From contig OZ223269.1 of the NCBI GenBank assembly GCA_965140585.1, positions 352,001 to 416,000 on the forward strand: 64,000 bases of DNA, read 5' to 3'. Positions 29,701 through 38,288 of the stretch are shown one piece after another. A program made the position numbers and the translations under genes. Source of the stretch: Spirochaetia bacterium (GTDB lineage Bacteria > Spirochaetota > Spirochaetia > UBA9216). Within the stretch, counting starts at the first letter, position 1. Each line of letters opens with the position of its first letter. Under the pieces are notes generated by a model. It saw only the letters and a list, made by a program, of their open reading frames with translations, ran no database searches and was not told the DNA's origin.

Positions 29701-29796
29701 GATTTAGCGATATACGCTATATATAGGGAGTATAGAGAGCGGAGGCCTTATATATAGTGATTTATGCGAGGCGTACGAGTGGTTTTTTAGAAAAAA

Positions 29797-29816
29797 TGGT
29801 AACATTTTTGGTAACA
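29797..29816. repeat. Tandem TGGTAACA repeats, putative integrase arm-type sites
   Basis: TGGTAACA-tttt-TGGTAACA about 100 bp from the tRNA fragment. Confidence 0.55.
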
Positions 29817-29838
29817 CGAAACATAAAGGAAGCGTAAA

Positions 29839-31473
29839 CTAAACATGTCGATTCAATTCAATTATTAGGTTGATTACGGTACCGGAAATTTCAAGGACTC
29901 TGGAATATAGATTTTCCTGTTCCTCGGAAGTTAGCTGGTTTTTATTCATGATTATTTGATTAACATTTTGGTGAAGGTTTTCATGCTCTTTTCTCATAAT
30001 ATCAAACTCTTTAAAATTTTTCAGGATTATAGATTCTTTTGAATCAATCCATTTACCCAGGTCACAACTGTGGTGATCGGTAATTTTTGTATACTCAGTC
30101 TCCAATTTTCCGTCAATTACTGCACGGGCTCTCATTACCCAGAGAAGATGCTGAATTATTATTTTTACAACATGAAATCCCTTCTTTTTAGTTCCGAACT
30201 CCCAATTCTGGAAATTCTGAATATCTTCAAGGTATTCCTCGTAATTTACAATTGAACTGGAAATCGTCATGAAGGTTAAGTTAATATCCTGTGAAATCAT
30301 GGAAATTGATTTTATGCTTTCCATGCTTTCTTTACTGGCTTCTACAATCTCATTGATGGAGTTTCTGATATCGGCAGAGCTTAATGAAATTTCCTTTGAT
30401 CCATCTTTTATCATTGAGGTGACTTCATTTAATGTGTGTGTTGCGCTGACTATCTCCCTGCTGCCTACATTCAATTCAGATGTAGCCTGTAGTATTTCGT
30501 CAAATGCGGAAACCATTTCCTTTGTTTCAATACCAATCAATTCATAAGTATTAAGTGCTTGATTTCCAGCGATACGGACTTTGGATATATTATCAATGAT
30601 GTTTTTAAGTGTTGCAGCAACGAGCGTTGAATTATTTGCAGTTGACTCCGCAAGTTTTCGGATTTCTTCGGCAACCACTGCAAATCCTCTGCCTGCATCA
30701 CCGGCATGTGCGGCTTCAATTGCTGCATTCATTGATAATAAATTTGTTTGGCTTGCAATATTATTGATTACCGCAATGATATCCTGTATTGAATCAACAC
30801 TGTTATTAACTTCAGCAATAAGGCTGTTCATATCTTCCATATGTTCATGACCGCTTATAGTCTGATTCAATAACTTTAATGAGGTTTCACGCTTATTGTC
30901 AGTTATTCCTTTAACATTATGTATAGAAGCATCCATCTCTTCGATTGCTGCTGATGTTTGAATAACCGAACTCGATTGATTCTCAATTTGTGAACTGAAT
31001 TCACTCATTGTTTGAGTTATCTGTTCAATAGCTGTAGATGAATTTAATAGATTACTATTTAGAGCTCCCATGCGCTCTGTGATTGTCTTAACACTCCCGT
31101 TGATAGACGTTATCAGATGAACAGAATCACTGAGATCATCAGTAAATTTCAGAGATAAGGATTCATTTTCCGTTATTATCCTATTTACATTATTTCTGGA
31201 TTGTTCACATGAGCTCATATGCTCTTTTAGAAGCGTATAGCCTGGAGTTTTATTTTCGTCTCTACAATTCACACATAAGCGATTTGATATAAGTTCATCA
31301 TAAGACTGCCTAATTTGGTAAGCTCTTAAAAATACTATTATAAAAGTAATAGATATAACCACTATCGAAATGTAAGCGACTATAATCCTTGAATCTGCAA
31401 AGTATTTAAAAAAGAACATGCAAATATTGATAGCAATTGTTAATACCGGCATTATTATGATTAATTTCTTCAC
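29839..31473 (-). CDS. Methyl-accepting chemotaxis protein with C-terminal CZB domain (copy 2)
   Basis: Colinear paralog of 26050-27687 with the same MCP hairpin and [12 protein letters not shown] motif. Confidence 0.93.
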   Translation of the reverse strand: MKKLIIIMPVLTIAINICMFFFKYFADSRIIVAYISIVVISITFIIVFLRAYQIRQSYDELISNRLCVNCRDENKTPGYTLLKEHMSSCEQSRNNVNRIITENESLSLKFTDDLSDSVHLITSINGSVKTITERMGALNSNLLNSSTAIEQITQTMSEFSSQIENQSSSVIQTSAAIEEMDASIHNVKGITDNKRETSLKLLNQTISGHEHMEDMNSLIAEVNNSVDSIQDIIAVINNIASQTNLLSMNAAIEAAHAGDAGRGFAVVAEEIRKLAESTANNSTLVAATLKNIIDNISKVRIAGNQALNTYELIGIETKEMVSAFDEILQATSELNVGSREIVSATHTLNEVTSMIKDGSKEISLSSADIRNSINEIVEASKESMESIKSISMISQDINLTFMTISSSIVNYEEYLEDIQNFQNWEFGTKKKGFHVVKIIIQHLLWVMRARAVIDGKLETEYTKITDHHSCDLGKWIDSKESIILKNFKEFDIMRKEHENLHQNVNQIIMNKNQLTSEEQENLYSRVLEISGTVINLIIELNRHV

Positions 31474-31592
31474 TTTAACCTCTTCAATTGGAATTTATAT
31501 ATGATTTTGAGTGAAATGAATATTCATTAAGATAATATTCGGTACAAACTAAAAGCTTATAAAAAAAGTTAATAAAATTTAATTTCTACAAA

Positions 31593-33320
31593 TTAATTTT
31601 CATCATATAACTCTTCGAATAGATTATTTATTTCATCTCTAACTAATAAAAGTATATCCACTATTTCTGGATCAAAATGTGTTCCGATAGATTCAGTAAT
31701 AATTTTTATTGTTTCCTGTTCACTAAAGGCTTGCTTATAGGGTCGTTTACTTCTTAATGCATCATATACATCAGCTAAAGCACAGATTCTTGCGGATAAC
31801 GGAATTGCTTTACCTGCAATTCCTCTGGGATATCCGCTTCCATCATATTTCTCTTGATGAGCATATGCGATCTCAGCAGCCATTTCCAGTGAAGGTTTAT
31901 TCTTTAGTATATCGAACCCTATTGTTGTATGAGTTTTAATGATTTCAAATTCTTCTTTAGTTAACTTTCTTTCGGCTAAAAGTATACTGTCAGGAATTCC
32001 TACCTTTCCAATGTCATGTAATGGAGCAAATACCTTAATATCTCTGCAGTATTTTTGGGACATTTTTAATTTCTGGGCAATTAGATAACAGAATTCACCA
32101 ATCCTATTCATATGCTTCCCAGTCTCGTTATCTCTTTGTTCAGCTAAAGCAGCAATCGCTTTGTATGTGTCTAATCTTCTAAGATCCTCTTCTTTTCTAT
32201 GCTCTGAAATATTCACATTACTTGCAATATATGCCATTTTTTCCCCGCTATCATCCCTAACTGTAGAAATATAAAGATTCACCAGAAGTAATTTTCCATC
32301 TTTGGTTTTATTGAGAACTTCACCCTCCCAATATCCAATGTCAGAGTTAGTGATTGCATCCCATAAACCTTTGAAAATCAAGTTATAATCGTTATCTGAA
32401 TAGCCAAGTTCATCTGAGTATGTTTTTTTTCCTGAATTATAAACAGTAGGATATTTTCCAATCAATTCACTTGCTTTGTAATTATATAATCTTTCGGTGG
32501 CATTATTAACAAAATCAATTTTTCCATCAAGATTACAGATCACCATTGGGATTGTTGATTGATTTACAATTTGAAAATATTTGTCAAAATTTCGATTTAA
32601 TTTGTGAATGGAATCGATATTTTGAAGTATTCCGGTAGCCCCACATACTCTTTCATCGCTAATTTGATATTCTAATACGTTCAGCATCACCCAAACTCTC
32701 TTTCCAGTTACTCCGTGGATGATTCTATAAATAATTTTGGAAAGCCTTTTTGATGGTGTGATTGGATGACTAAATTCATTAAGGAAGTTATCTCTATCTT
32801 CTGGAACTATAATGTTTAAATAGTTTTCAATTGTTAACTCAAAGTCACTCTTTGATAAGCCATGTAATTTATATGTGATATCTGACCATTCAATAATTTT
32901 ATTCTTAATGGTGTATTTCCAGCTACCAACTTCAGAAATCGATTGAATGTTTTCCGTGTTAAACGCTTCCTGTCCTTTTAGTATTTCTTTAAAACAGGAG
33001 ATGTAATCATTATTCTGAGCTGGTATAATAGACCAATTTACTTTACGTTCAATTCCGTCATTTGATTTAATTTCAACTTGAGAATGTCCAATAAAACCTG
33101 TCTTTTCTATATTTGAGATTTTTTCAACCACTCCGGCTCGTTCCTGGGCAGGAAAAATATTTGAAATACTTTTACCCATATAATCCACAATTCTATAATT
33201 TAAGAACTCTTTTCCCTTGTTGTTAATATCAATTATGTCCCCATTTGAAGATATTAACATGCAAATATGAGGATTATTCATGAAGAAATTTAGATAAGTA
33301 GAGGAATATGGTTTATTCAT
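31593..33320 (-). CDS. Multi-PAS HD-GYP cyclic-dinucleotide phosphodiesterase
   Basis: Three PAS-like repeats; ETGKH..RI, LHDIGKVGIPD, HQEKYDGSGYP, ADVYDALRS.RPYK. Confidence 0.92.
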   Translation of the reverse strand: MNKPYSSTYLNFFMNNPHICMLISSNGDIIDINNKGKEFLNYRIVDYMGKSISNIFPAQERAGVVEKISNIEKTGFIGHSQVEIKSNDGIERKVNWSIIPAQNNDYISCFKEILKGQEAFNTENIQSISEVGSWKYTIKNKIIEWSDITYKLHGLSKSDFELTIENYLNIIVPEDRDNFLNEFSHPITPSKRLSKIIYRIIHGVTGKRVWVMLNVLEYQISDERVCGATGILQNIDSIHKLNRNFDKYFQIVNQSTIPMVICNLDGKIDFVNNATERLYNYKASELIGKYPTVYNSGKKTYSDELGYSDNDYNLIFKGLWDAITNSDIGYWEGEVLNKTKDGKLLLVNLYISTVRDDSGEKMAYIASNVNISEHRKEEDLRRLDTYKAIAALAEQRDNETGKHMNRIGEFCYLIAQKLKMSQKYCRDIKVFAPLHDIGKVGIPDSILLAERKLTKEEFEIIKTHTTIGFDILKNKPSLEMAAEIAYAHQEKYDGSGYPRGIAGKAIPLSARICALADVYDALRSKRPYKQAFSEQETIKIITESIGTHFDPEIVDILLLVRDEINNLFEELYDEN

Positions 33321-33436
33321 ACTAAGTAGACCTTGTTGGTTGTAAAGTGATAAATAAACAATACATTAAAAAAATATAAAGATCAAATAGAAATTTTCCT
33401 GATTTTACATTCAAAAATTTGAATACCACAACAATA

Positions 33437-33453
33437 ATTACAATAATTGTAAT
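33437..33453. promoter_or_regulatory. PerR/Fur-like 8-1-8 palindrome upstream of hemerythrin 2
   Basis: ATTACAAT-a-ATTGTAAT (compare Per box TTATAATnATTATAA). Confidence 0.5.
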
Positions 33454-33491
33454 AGTACAATATATAAGATTTAATACATTTGGAGGCAAAA

Positions 33492-33887
33492 ATGAAATTT
33501 ATGGAATGGAGTCCAAAATTTGAGCTTGGTATACCTGATATAGATAAACAACATCAACGTTGGTTAGAAATTTTAAATAACTTCTATGAAAAGATGGATA
33601 ATAATGAAATGACAGAAAATTTAAAGATTCTGATCGGGGAAGTTCTAGAATATACCAATTATCATTTTAAAGAAGAAGAAACATTTATGGATTCAATACA
33701 TTATCCTGAAATTGAGTCTCATAAAAAGAGGCATATTGATGTTATCAATACCATTCAGGAATACCAAAAGAAAGCGGAGACTGGGAAAATCATCATCTCT
33801 ATGACTCTTACTTCAGAGTTGAAGAATTGGTTTAAAGAGCATATTCTCATTGAAGATAAGAAATACTCAGACTTTTATCTGAAATAA
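33492..33887 (+). CDS. Bacteriohemerythrin, copy 2 (complete canonical ligand set)
   Basis: QH, HFKEEE, HKKRH, HILIED; ATG at 33492 after GGAGG. Confidence 0.92.
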   Translation: MKFMEWSPKFELGIPDIDKQHQRWLEILNNFYEKMDNNEMTENLKILIGEVLEYTNYHFKEEETFMDSIHYPEIESHKKRHIDVINTIQEYQKKAETGKIIISMTLTSELKNWFKEHILIEDKKYSDFYLK

Positions 33888-34183
33888 GCATTACTTCTAT
33901 CCTTTCAATTGATATTTAAAAAAGTGTACAATGCCCGTTATATTTGCTTTTTACTTTTAGTTACGTTCTAAAAAATAAAAATTTTATTTAAATATTACAT
34001 TTTGTCAATCTGAAGGTAAATGAATTATTTTTAAATCTAAGTTGATATTCGAATTTGATTATCTTATGATTTGGTTTGTAGGATTACATTGTAGGAACAG
34101 TAAAATAAAATGTGATTTCCTATTGAAATGATTTTTGTATAGAGGTATAGGTTTTGCAAAATCATAATTCAAATAAATCAGAA

Positions 34184-34550
34184 TTGGGTGAAAAAACTAT
34201 TCTGTTGGTTGAAGATGAGGTTATAATAGCTTTAGCTGAAACATATAGGTTGGAAAAGTTAGGATATATCGTTATAACTGTTTATAAATGGAAATGATGC
34301 TATCAAAGAGGTGCTTAATAATGATATTGATTTGATTTTAATGGATATAGATCTTGGAGCAAATAAAATTGATGGTATTGAGGCTGTTCGGAAGATAAGA
34401 GAAGAAAAGGAGATACCTGTTATTTTCCTCACAAGTCATTCAAAATCTGATTATAAACATAGGATTGAAGATGTTTCAGAACATGAATATATTTCGAAGA
34501 ATAGTGGAGATATCGTGCTTTTTGATGCTATGAAAAGATTTTTATATTAA
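34184..34550 (+). pseudogene. Frameshifted single-domain response regulator
   Basis: TTG-GEKTILLVEDEVIIALAETYRLEKLGYIVITVY, then an extra A near 34286; continues as NGNDAIKEVLNNDIDLILMDIDL...IFLT. Confidence 0.8.
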
Positions 34551-34558
34551 AAATTGAT

Positions 34559-36265
34559 TCAGATATTAAATTTCATTAAACAAACAGCCCCTGATGAATT
34601 AAAGGCAAGAAAAGTCCCATTTAGTTGTTTGACCAGGGACATCACTATTTTATACCCAATTTTTGAATCTTTAGTAGCGTTGAAATTGGGTGGAAATCCA
34701 GCTCCATTATCAGAGAATGTTAATTCAATCATTGAATCCTTGTCATTTTGTATATTCAACTTAATAAATCTATTCTCTTGATCATTAAAAGCATATTTTA
34801 GTGAATTAGTAAGCAACTCATGAATAATTAGACAAAGTGCTATTACATCTTTGTTTTCAAGGAATAGATTATTGGCTTGAAAGTTAATTTGAAAATCAAT
34901 CTCTTTTGGAACATGTATTATAAATATTCTATTTATCAAATACTTTAAAGTTGAATGCATTTCACTTTTGTGTGTAGGATACTCGCGCGTATATTCCTCT
35001 TGTACAATGGAGAGCGTCCTTAACCTTTCAATAATATTTTTAAGCTGCAGTTTAATGTCTATATTTTTAGTGTCCAGAATTTGCATTTCAATTATGCTCG
35101 AAAGGATAGTCAAATTGTTTTTAATACGATTGTTCATTTCATTGTAGAGATAAGACTTTTCCAAAAACATGGTTTGGAGTTGGGTAGTTTGCTCTTTCAT
35201 TTTTACATTAATTGAATAATATCGTTTAAACTGAATAAAAATTATAATGGTTGTGGTTATGAAAAAAAGTGCAATGAAAGTTATACTTTCCTTATAATGT
35301 AAGATGAAAAAAGGGATTGGCTTATTTAAAATAATTGCATCTGGTGGTATGCTTTTATATTTAATTTTGAACCGCTTTATAGCTTTCCAGTTGATATATG
35401 TTTGATTAGTTTTATAAGTATTTTGAAATTTGTGATGTTCAATAAAATTTAAAGCCTGTAAAACACCTTCTTTTGATATAACTTCAGCATCTATCATACT
35501 GCCACCAACGCACCCAGTATTTGCTAAACTACCCCAGAAAGTATAGATCGGGGCGTTGCTTATTTCTGACAATTTCTCTAATACATCAGCCGGTACAAAT
35601 TTTTTACCCGTTTTATCTCTTGAGACTAATGTATAGATTATAATTGTGTTTGGTGTACATTTCTTCACACGATCTTCCAGTTCGGTTAAAGAAAAATTAT
35701 TGTATACTTCAATCTCGACCCCATTCTCTTCCAATTGAAGTTTTATTATCTCTATGGTTACCTTAGTTGCGGGATTTTCTCCGTCAATTATCAATACTTT
35801 TTTACTTAAAGGATTCTGTTCTGTAGCCAATTTAGTTGTTTCAACAATGGCTGCTTCAATTTGAGGTGAAATATTTAACTGATAATTCGTTGAATTATAC
35901 GATCTCGGTGAATATATAATTTGCGGAATCGAGTTGCAAAGATCTGGAACGGAGTAAAAAATTTTTGCTGCTGGATCGGAATCTGCAATAACAGCTTGAA
36001 AAATAATGTCAGAGTACTTTTTTTTAATATAATCAGCAAATTCAACTTCAGATAATGAATTGCCAACACGTGAATAATCAATATATTCTGTAAAATATAT
36101 TATGTCTGGATGGGCTTCTTGAGCCTGGAGAAGTCCCTTTTGAAAACTTTTTGTCCATGGGAAATCTAAAGCATATGTATGAACAACTAATATGTTAATC
36201 GAGTTCGCAAAAATCGAAATATTGATAAGGAAAAATAAAATTACAGAATAAACTTTTTTATTCAC
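34559..36265 (-). CDS. Periplasmic-binding-protein-like sensor plus HisKA_2 kinase core lacking the phospho-His
   Basis: Signal peptide, SBP-like ectodomain, TM, EMNNRIKNNL, HELLTNSLKYAF, DNGAG. Confidence 0.85.
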   Translation of the reverse strand: MNKKVYSVILFFLINISIFANSINILVVHTYALDFPWTKSFQKGLLQAQEAHPDIIYFTEYIDYSRVGNSLSEVEFADYIKKKYSDIIFQAVIADSDPAAKIFYSVPDLCNSIPQIIYSPRSYNSTNYQLNISPQIEAAIVETTKLATEQNPLSKKVLIIDGENPATKVTIEIIKLQLEENGVEIEVYNNFSLTELEDRVKKCTPNTIIIYTLVSRDKTGKKFVPADVLEKLSEISNAPIYTFWGSLANTGCVGGSMIDAEVISKEGVLQALNFIEHHKFQNTYKTNQTYINWKAIKRFKIKYKSIPPDAIILNKPIPFFILHYKESITFIALFFITTTIIIFIQFKRYYSINVKMKEQTTQLQTMFLEKSYLYNEMNNRIKNNLTILSSIIEMQILDTKNIDIKLQLKNIIERLRTLSIVQEEYTREYPTHKSEMHSTLKYLINRIFIIHVPKEIDFQINFQANNLFLENKDVIALCLIIHELLTNSLKYAFNDQENRFIKLNIQNDKDSMIELTFSDNGAGFPPNFNATKDSKIGYKIVMSLVKQLNGTFLAFNSSGAVCLMKFNI

Positions 36266-36455
36266 GATTTAAATAATAGTTTATCGACTATAAGAAAATC
36301 AAATTGATTTATACCTTTTAAGATAATAATCATGATTTTTTCCAATTTAAAAAACATACTGCAACAATTAACAATTAAAGATTTGCATTTTCCATTAGTT
36401 ATTCATTAGAATTATTTCATAATAGTAGATGTTAATGATTGGATAGGAGGAAAAA

Positions 36456-36854
36456 ATGAAATTTATGGAATGGAGTTCAAAATTTGAGCTTGGTATACCA
36501 GAAATGGATACACAACATCAACGTTGGTTAGAAATTTTGAATAACTTCTATGAAAAGATGGATAATGACCAAATGTCGGATAATGTTAAAATATTAATCG
36601 ATGAAGTATTAGAGTATACGAACTACCATTTCAAAGAAGAAGAGAGCTTCTTAGCATCTATTCATTACCCTGAACTTGATGTTCAAAAACAGATGCATTC
36701 AGATATCATAGACTTGATAAAAGGATATAGAAACAAAGCAGAGCAAGGAAAGTTGATTATTTCAATGACATTGACCACAGAACTTAAGCGATGGTTTAAA
36801 GAACATATTCTTATCGAAGACATGAAATATTCAGAATTTTTTCTAAAAAAATAG
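36456..36854 (+). CDS. Bacteriohemerythrin, copy 3 (His77 replaced by Gln)
   Basis: QH, HFKEEE, QKQMH, HILIED; AGGAGG RBS. Confidence 0.9.
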   Translation: MKFMEWSSKFELGIPEMDTQHQRWLEILNNFYEKMDNDQMSDNVKILIDEVLEYTNYHFKEEESFLASIHYPELDVQKQMHSDIIDLIKGYRNKAEQGKLIISMTLTTELKRWFKEHILIEDMKYSEFFLKK

Positions 36855-36858
36855 GTAC

Positions 36859-36897
36859 ACCCCTTATATGTTCAAATGACATCGCATAAAACTAAAA
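36859..36897. repeat. ~35-bp direct repeat, copy B
   Basis: ACCCCTTATATGTTCAAATGACATCGCATAAAACTAAAA. Confidence 0.8.
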
Positions 36898-36970
36898 GAG
36901 CGGGTATATGTACTATGTAGATTTAGATCTTCGTGATTTTTAAGCCTATCCCCATGAGGGAAGAAGAGGA

Positions 36971-36995
36971 TGGGACTGGCGGTCAACCAGTCCCA
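36971..36995. other. GC-rich hairpin downstream of the HNH gene
   Basis: TGGGACTGG-cggtcaa-CCAGTCCCA perfect 9-bp stem. Confidence 0.6.
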
Positions 36996-37048
36996 ATGGC
37001 AAGTTAATAAAGAAGGATACTTTTTTAAATGAACTTTAAATATGTGAA

Positions 37049-37444
37049 TCAATCCAATTTCATGGACTTCTGAAACTGTTCTTTAACCGTCTTCTTACTG
37101 TGACAGCTCTTGCATAATGCCTGAAGGTTGAGGTAATCAAAGAACAGCTTAAGATCTCCATGATGGGGAGTGATGTGATCAACTTCAGTCGACAATCTCT
37201 TCTCGCAATCCTGGCAGATTGGATTATCATTAAGCTTCTGCTTGCTCATCCGTTTCCACTGAACGGAGTTGTAAAGCTTGATATACGGCCGGTTCTCAAG
37301 TTTTCTCTGGTAGGCTTCCGGACCTTTCTGAGATTCTTTCTGTTTCTCAAGCTTATCCAGATACATATTGTAGTGAAGCGAACAATATCCAGTATCTTTA
37401 TCAGCGATTCTGCCGCAAACTGGTCTAAGACACAGCTTTTTCAT
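37049..37444 (-). CDS. Phage packaging-type HNH endonuclease (HK97 gp74-like)
   Basis: N-terminal C...C...YC..H; YNS..W; PICQDC...VDHI.PH.GD..LF.D..NLQALCKSCHSKKT. Confidence 0.9.
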   Translation of the reverse strand: MKKLCLRPVCGRIADKDTGYCSLHYNMYLDKLEKQKESQKGPEAYQRKLENRPYIKLYNSVQWKRMSKQKLNDNPICQDCEKRLSTEVDHITPHHGDLKLFFDYLNLQALCKSCHSKKTVKEQFQKSMKLD

Positions 37445-38039
37445 ACATTTTCTCCCTGGTGGCTTTCACTGCTTCAATGAAGATTGTTCGTTCTTTTACC
37501 TTCAATTTGTACAATCTTTTGTGATAATCCTTACCATCGGCTTGCAGTTCGTAGATAAAAGCTTTTATGTTCGTTTCTGCAGCTGTTTTGTCATTGATTG
37601 AGGATAATTCAAGATTTGATTGTATTTGATGCTCAAGTTCGGTTATCACACTCTGACATAGAAAGGTATTATTGATTATGTCGAATTGTTCATCATCATA
37701 GGCGAAGAAATCAAGTATTTCACTGTCATAGACCATCTTATCTTTCTTCTGGGCTTTCCTGTTGAATAGAAAGTTCCAGGTCATTTTGTAGGTGTAAGTA
37801 TATGGATTCTCAATATAGAAGTCCGGTCGACCGAGGTAGTATTCATACAGCAGGAATTCTACTTCTTCCCAAATTTCACCATACTTGGAATAACTCAATG
37901 AAAAGTTGGTTTTATTTGTGATGATAGAGATTATTTTAGCATAAAGGGGTTTAAAGCAGTTAATGAGGGTTATGAGGTTGGAATCGGAAGGATTAGAAAT
38001 GTAATTGTTTTGATGCTGTAAAATCTCTCTTGTTGTCAC
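37425..38039 (-). CDS. Phage-like hypothetical protein, possibly a sigma-region-2-like late regulator
   Basis: Overlaps the HNH start; weak sigma-2-like pattern (PLYAKII...EEVEFLLYE...TYTYKMTWNFLFN). Confidence 0.55.
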   Translation of the reverse strand: MTTREILQHQNNYISNPSDSNLITLINCFKPLYAKIISIITNKTNFSLSYSKYGEIWEEVEFLLYEYYLGRPDFYIENPYTYTYKMTWNFLFNRKAQKKDKMVYDSEILDFFAYDDEQFDIINNTFLCQSVITELEHQIQSNLELSSINDKTAAETNIKAFIYELQADGKDYHKRLYKLKVKERTIFIEAVKATREKMYEKAVS

Positions 38040-38111
38040 TTAAAGCCTTATCAATCGTTCTGTCCATATAATAAAGCCTGTTGTAGTGACATTTCCTTAT
38101 AGAGATTGACA
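38003..38111. repeat. ~108-bp direct repeat, copy A
   Basis: ...ATGCTGTAAAATCTC...ACTTAAAGCCTTATCAATCGTTCTG..CATATAATAAAG...AGTGACATTTCCTTATAGAG; second copy at 40366-40474. Confidence 0.9.
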
Positions 38112-38288
38112 ATATTCTTTCTAAATCAAGATTTTTAGTTCAGAAAGATTAGGTACACAATCCTTTAGACTTCATGCACATAAAAAGTATACATAGTAAC
38201 AACCTGTAAAAGTACTTTTAACTTATCTTTTTGCCTAATTCGATAAATAGTTTGACAATTATCCAACTCTCACTTAAAATTTCTTAAT

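Noticed and set aside
29653-29730. Intact tRNA-Gly gene
   Set aside because: No D arm or 5' acceptor strand (GCGGCTG) upstream on the minus strand; only the 3' half is present
34270-34300. Programmed frameshift or phase variation in the response regulator
   Set aside because: No slippery heptamer or long homopolymer at the site; a simple insertion or sequencing error is more likely
36864-37052. 62-aa ORF downstream of HNH as a terminase small subunit
   Set aside because: No recognisable similarity; it spans the hairpin and repeat, so it is more likely non-coding
37049-37444. HNH as an anti-phage defence nuclease
   Set aside because: Its size and motif layout match phage packaging-associated HNH proteins, and there are no defence partner genes nearby
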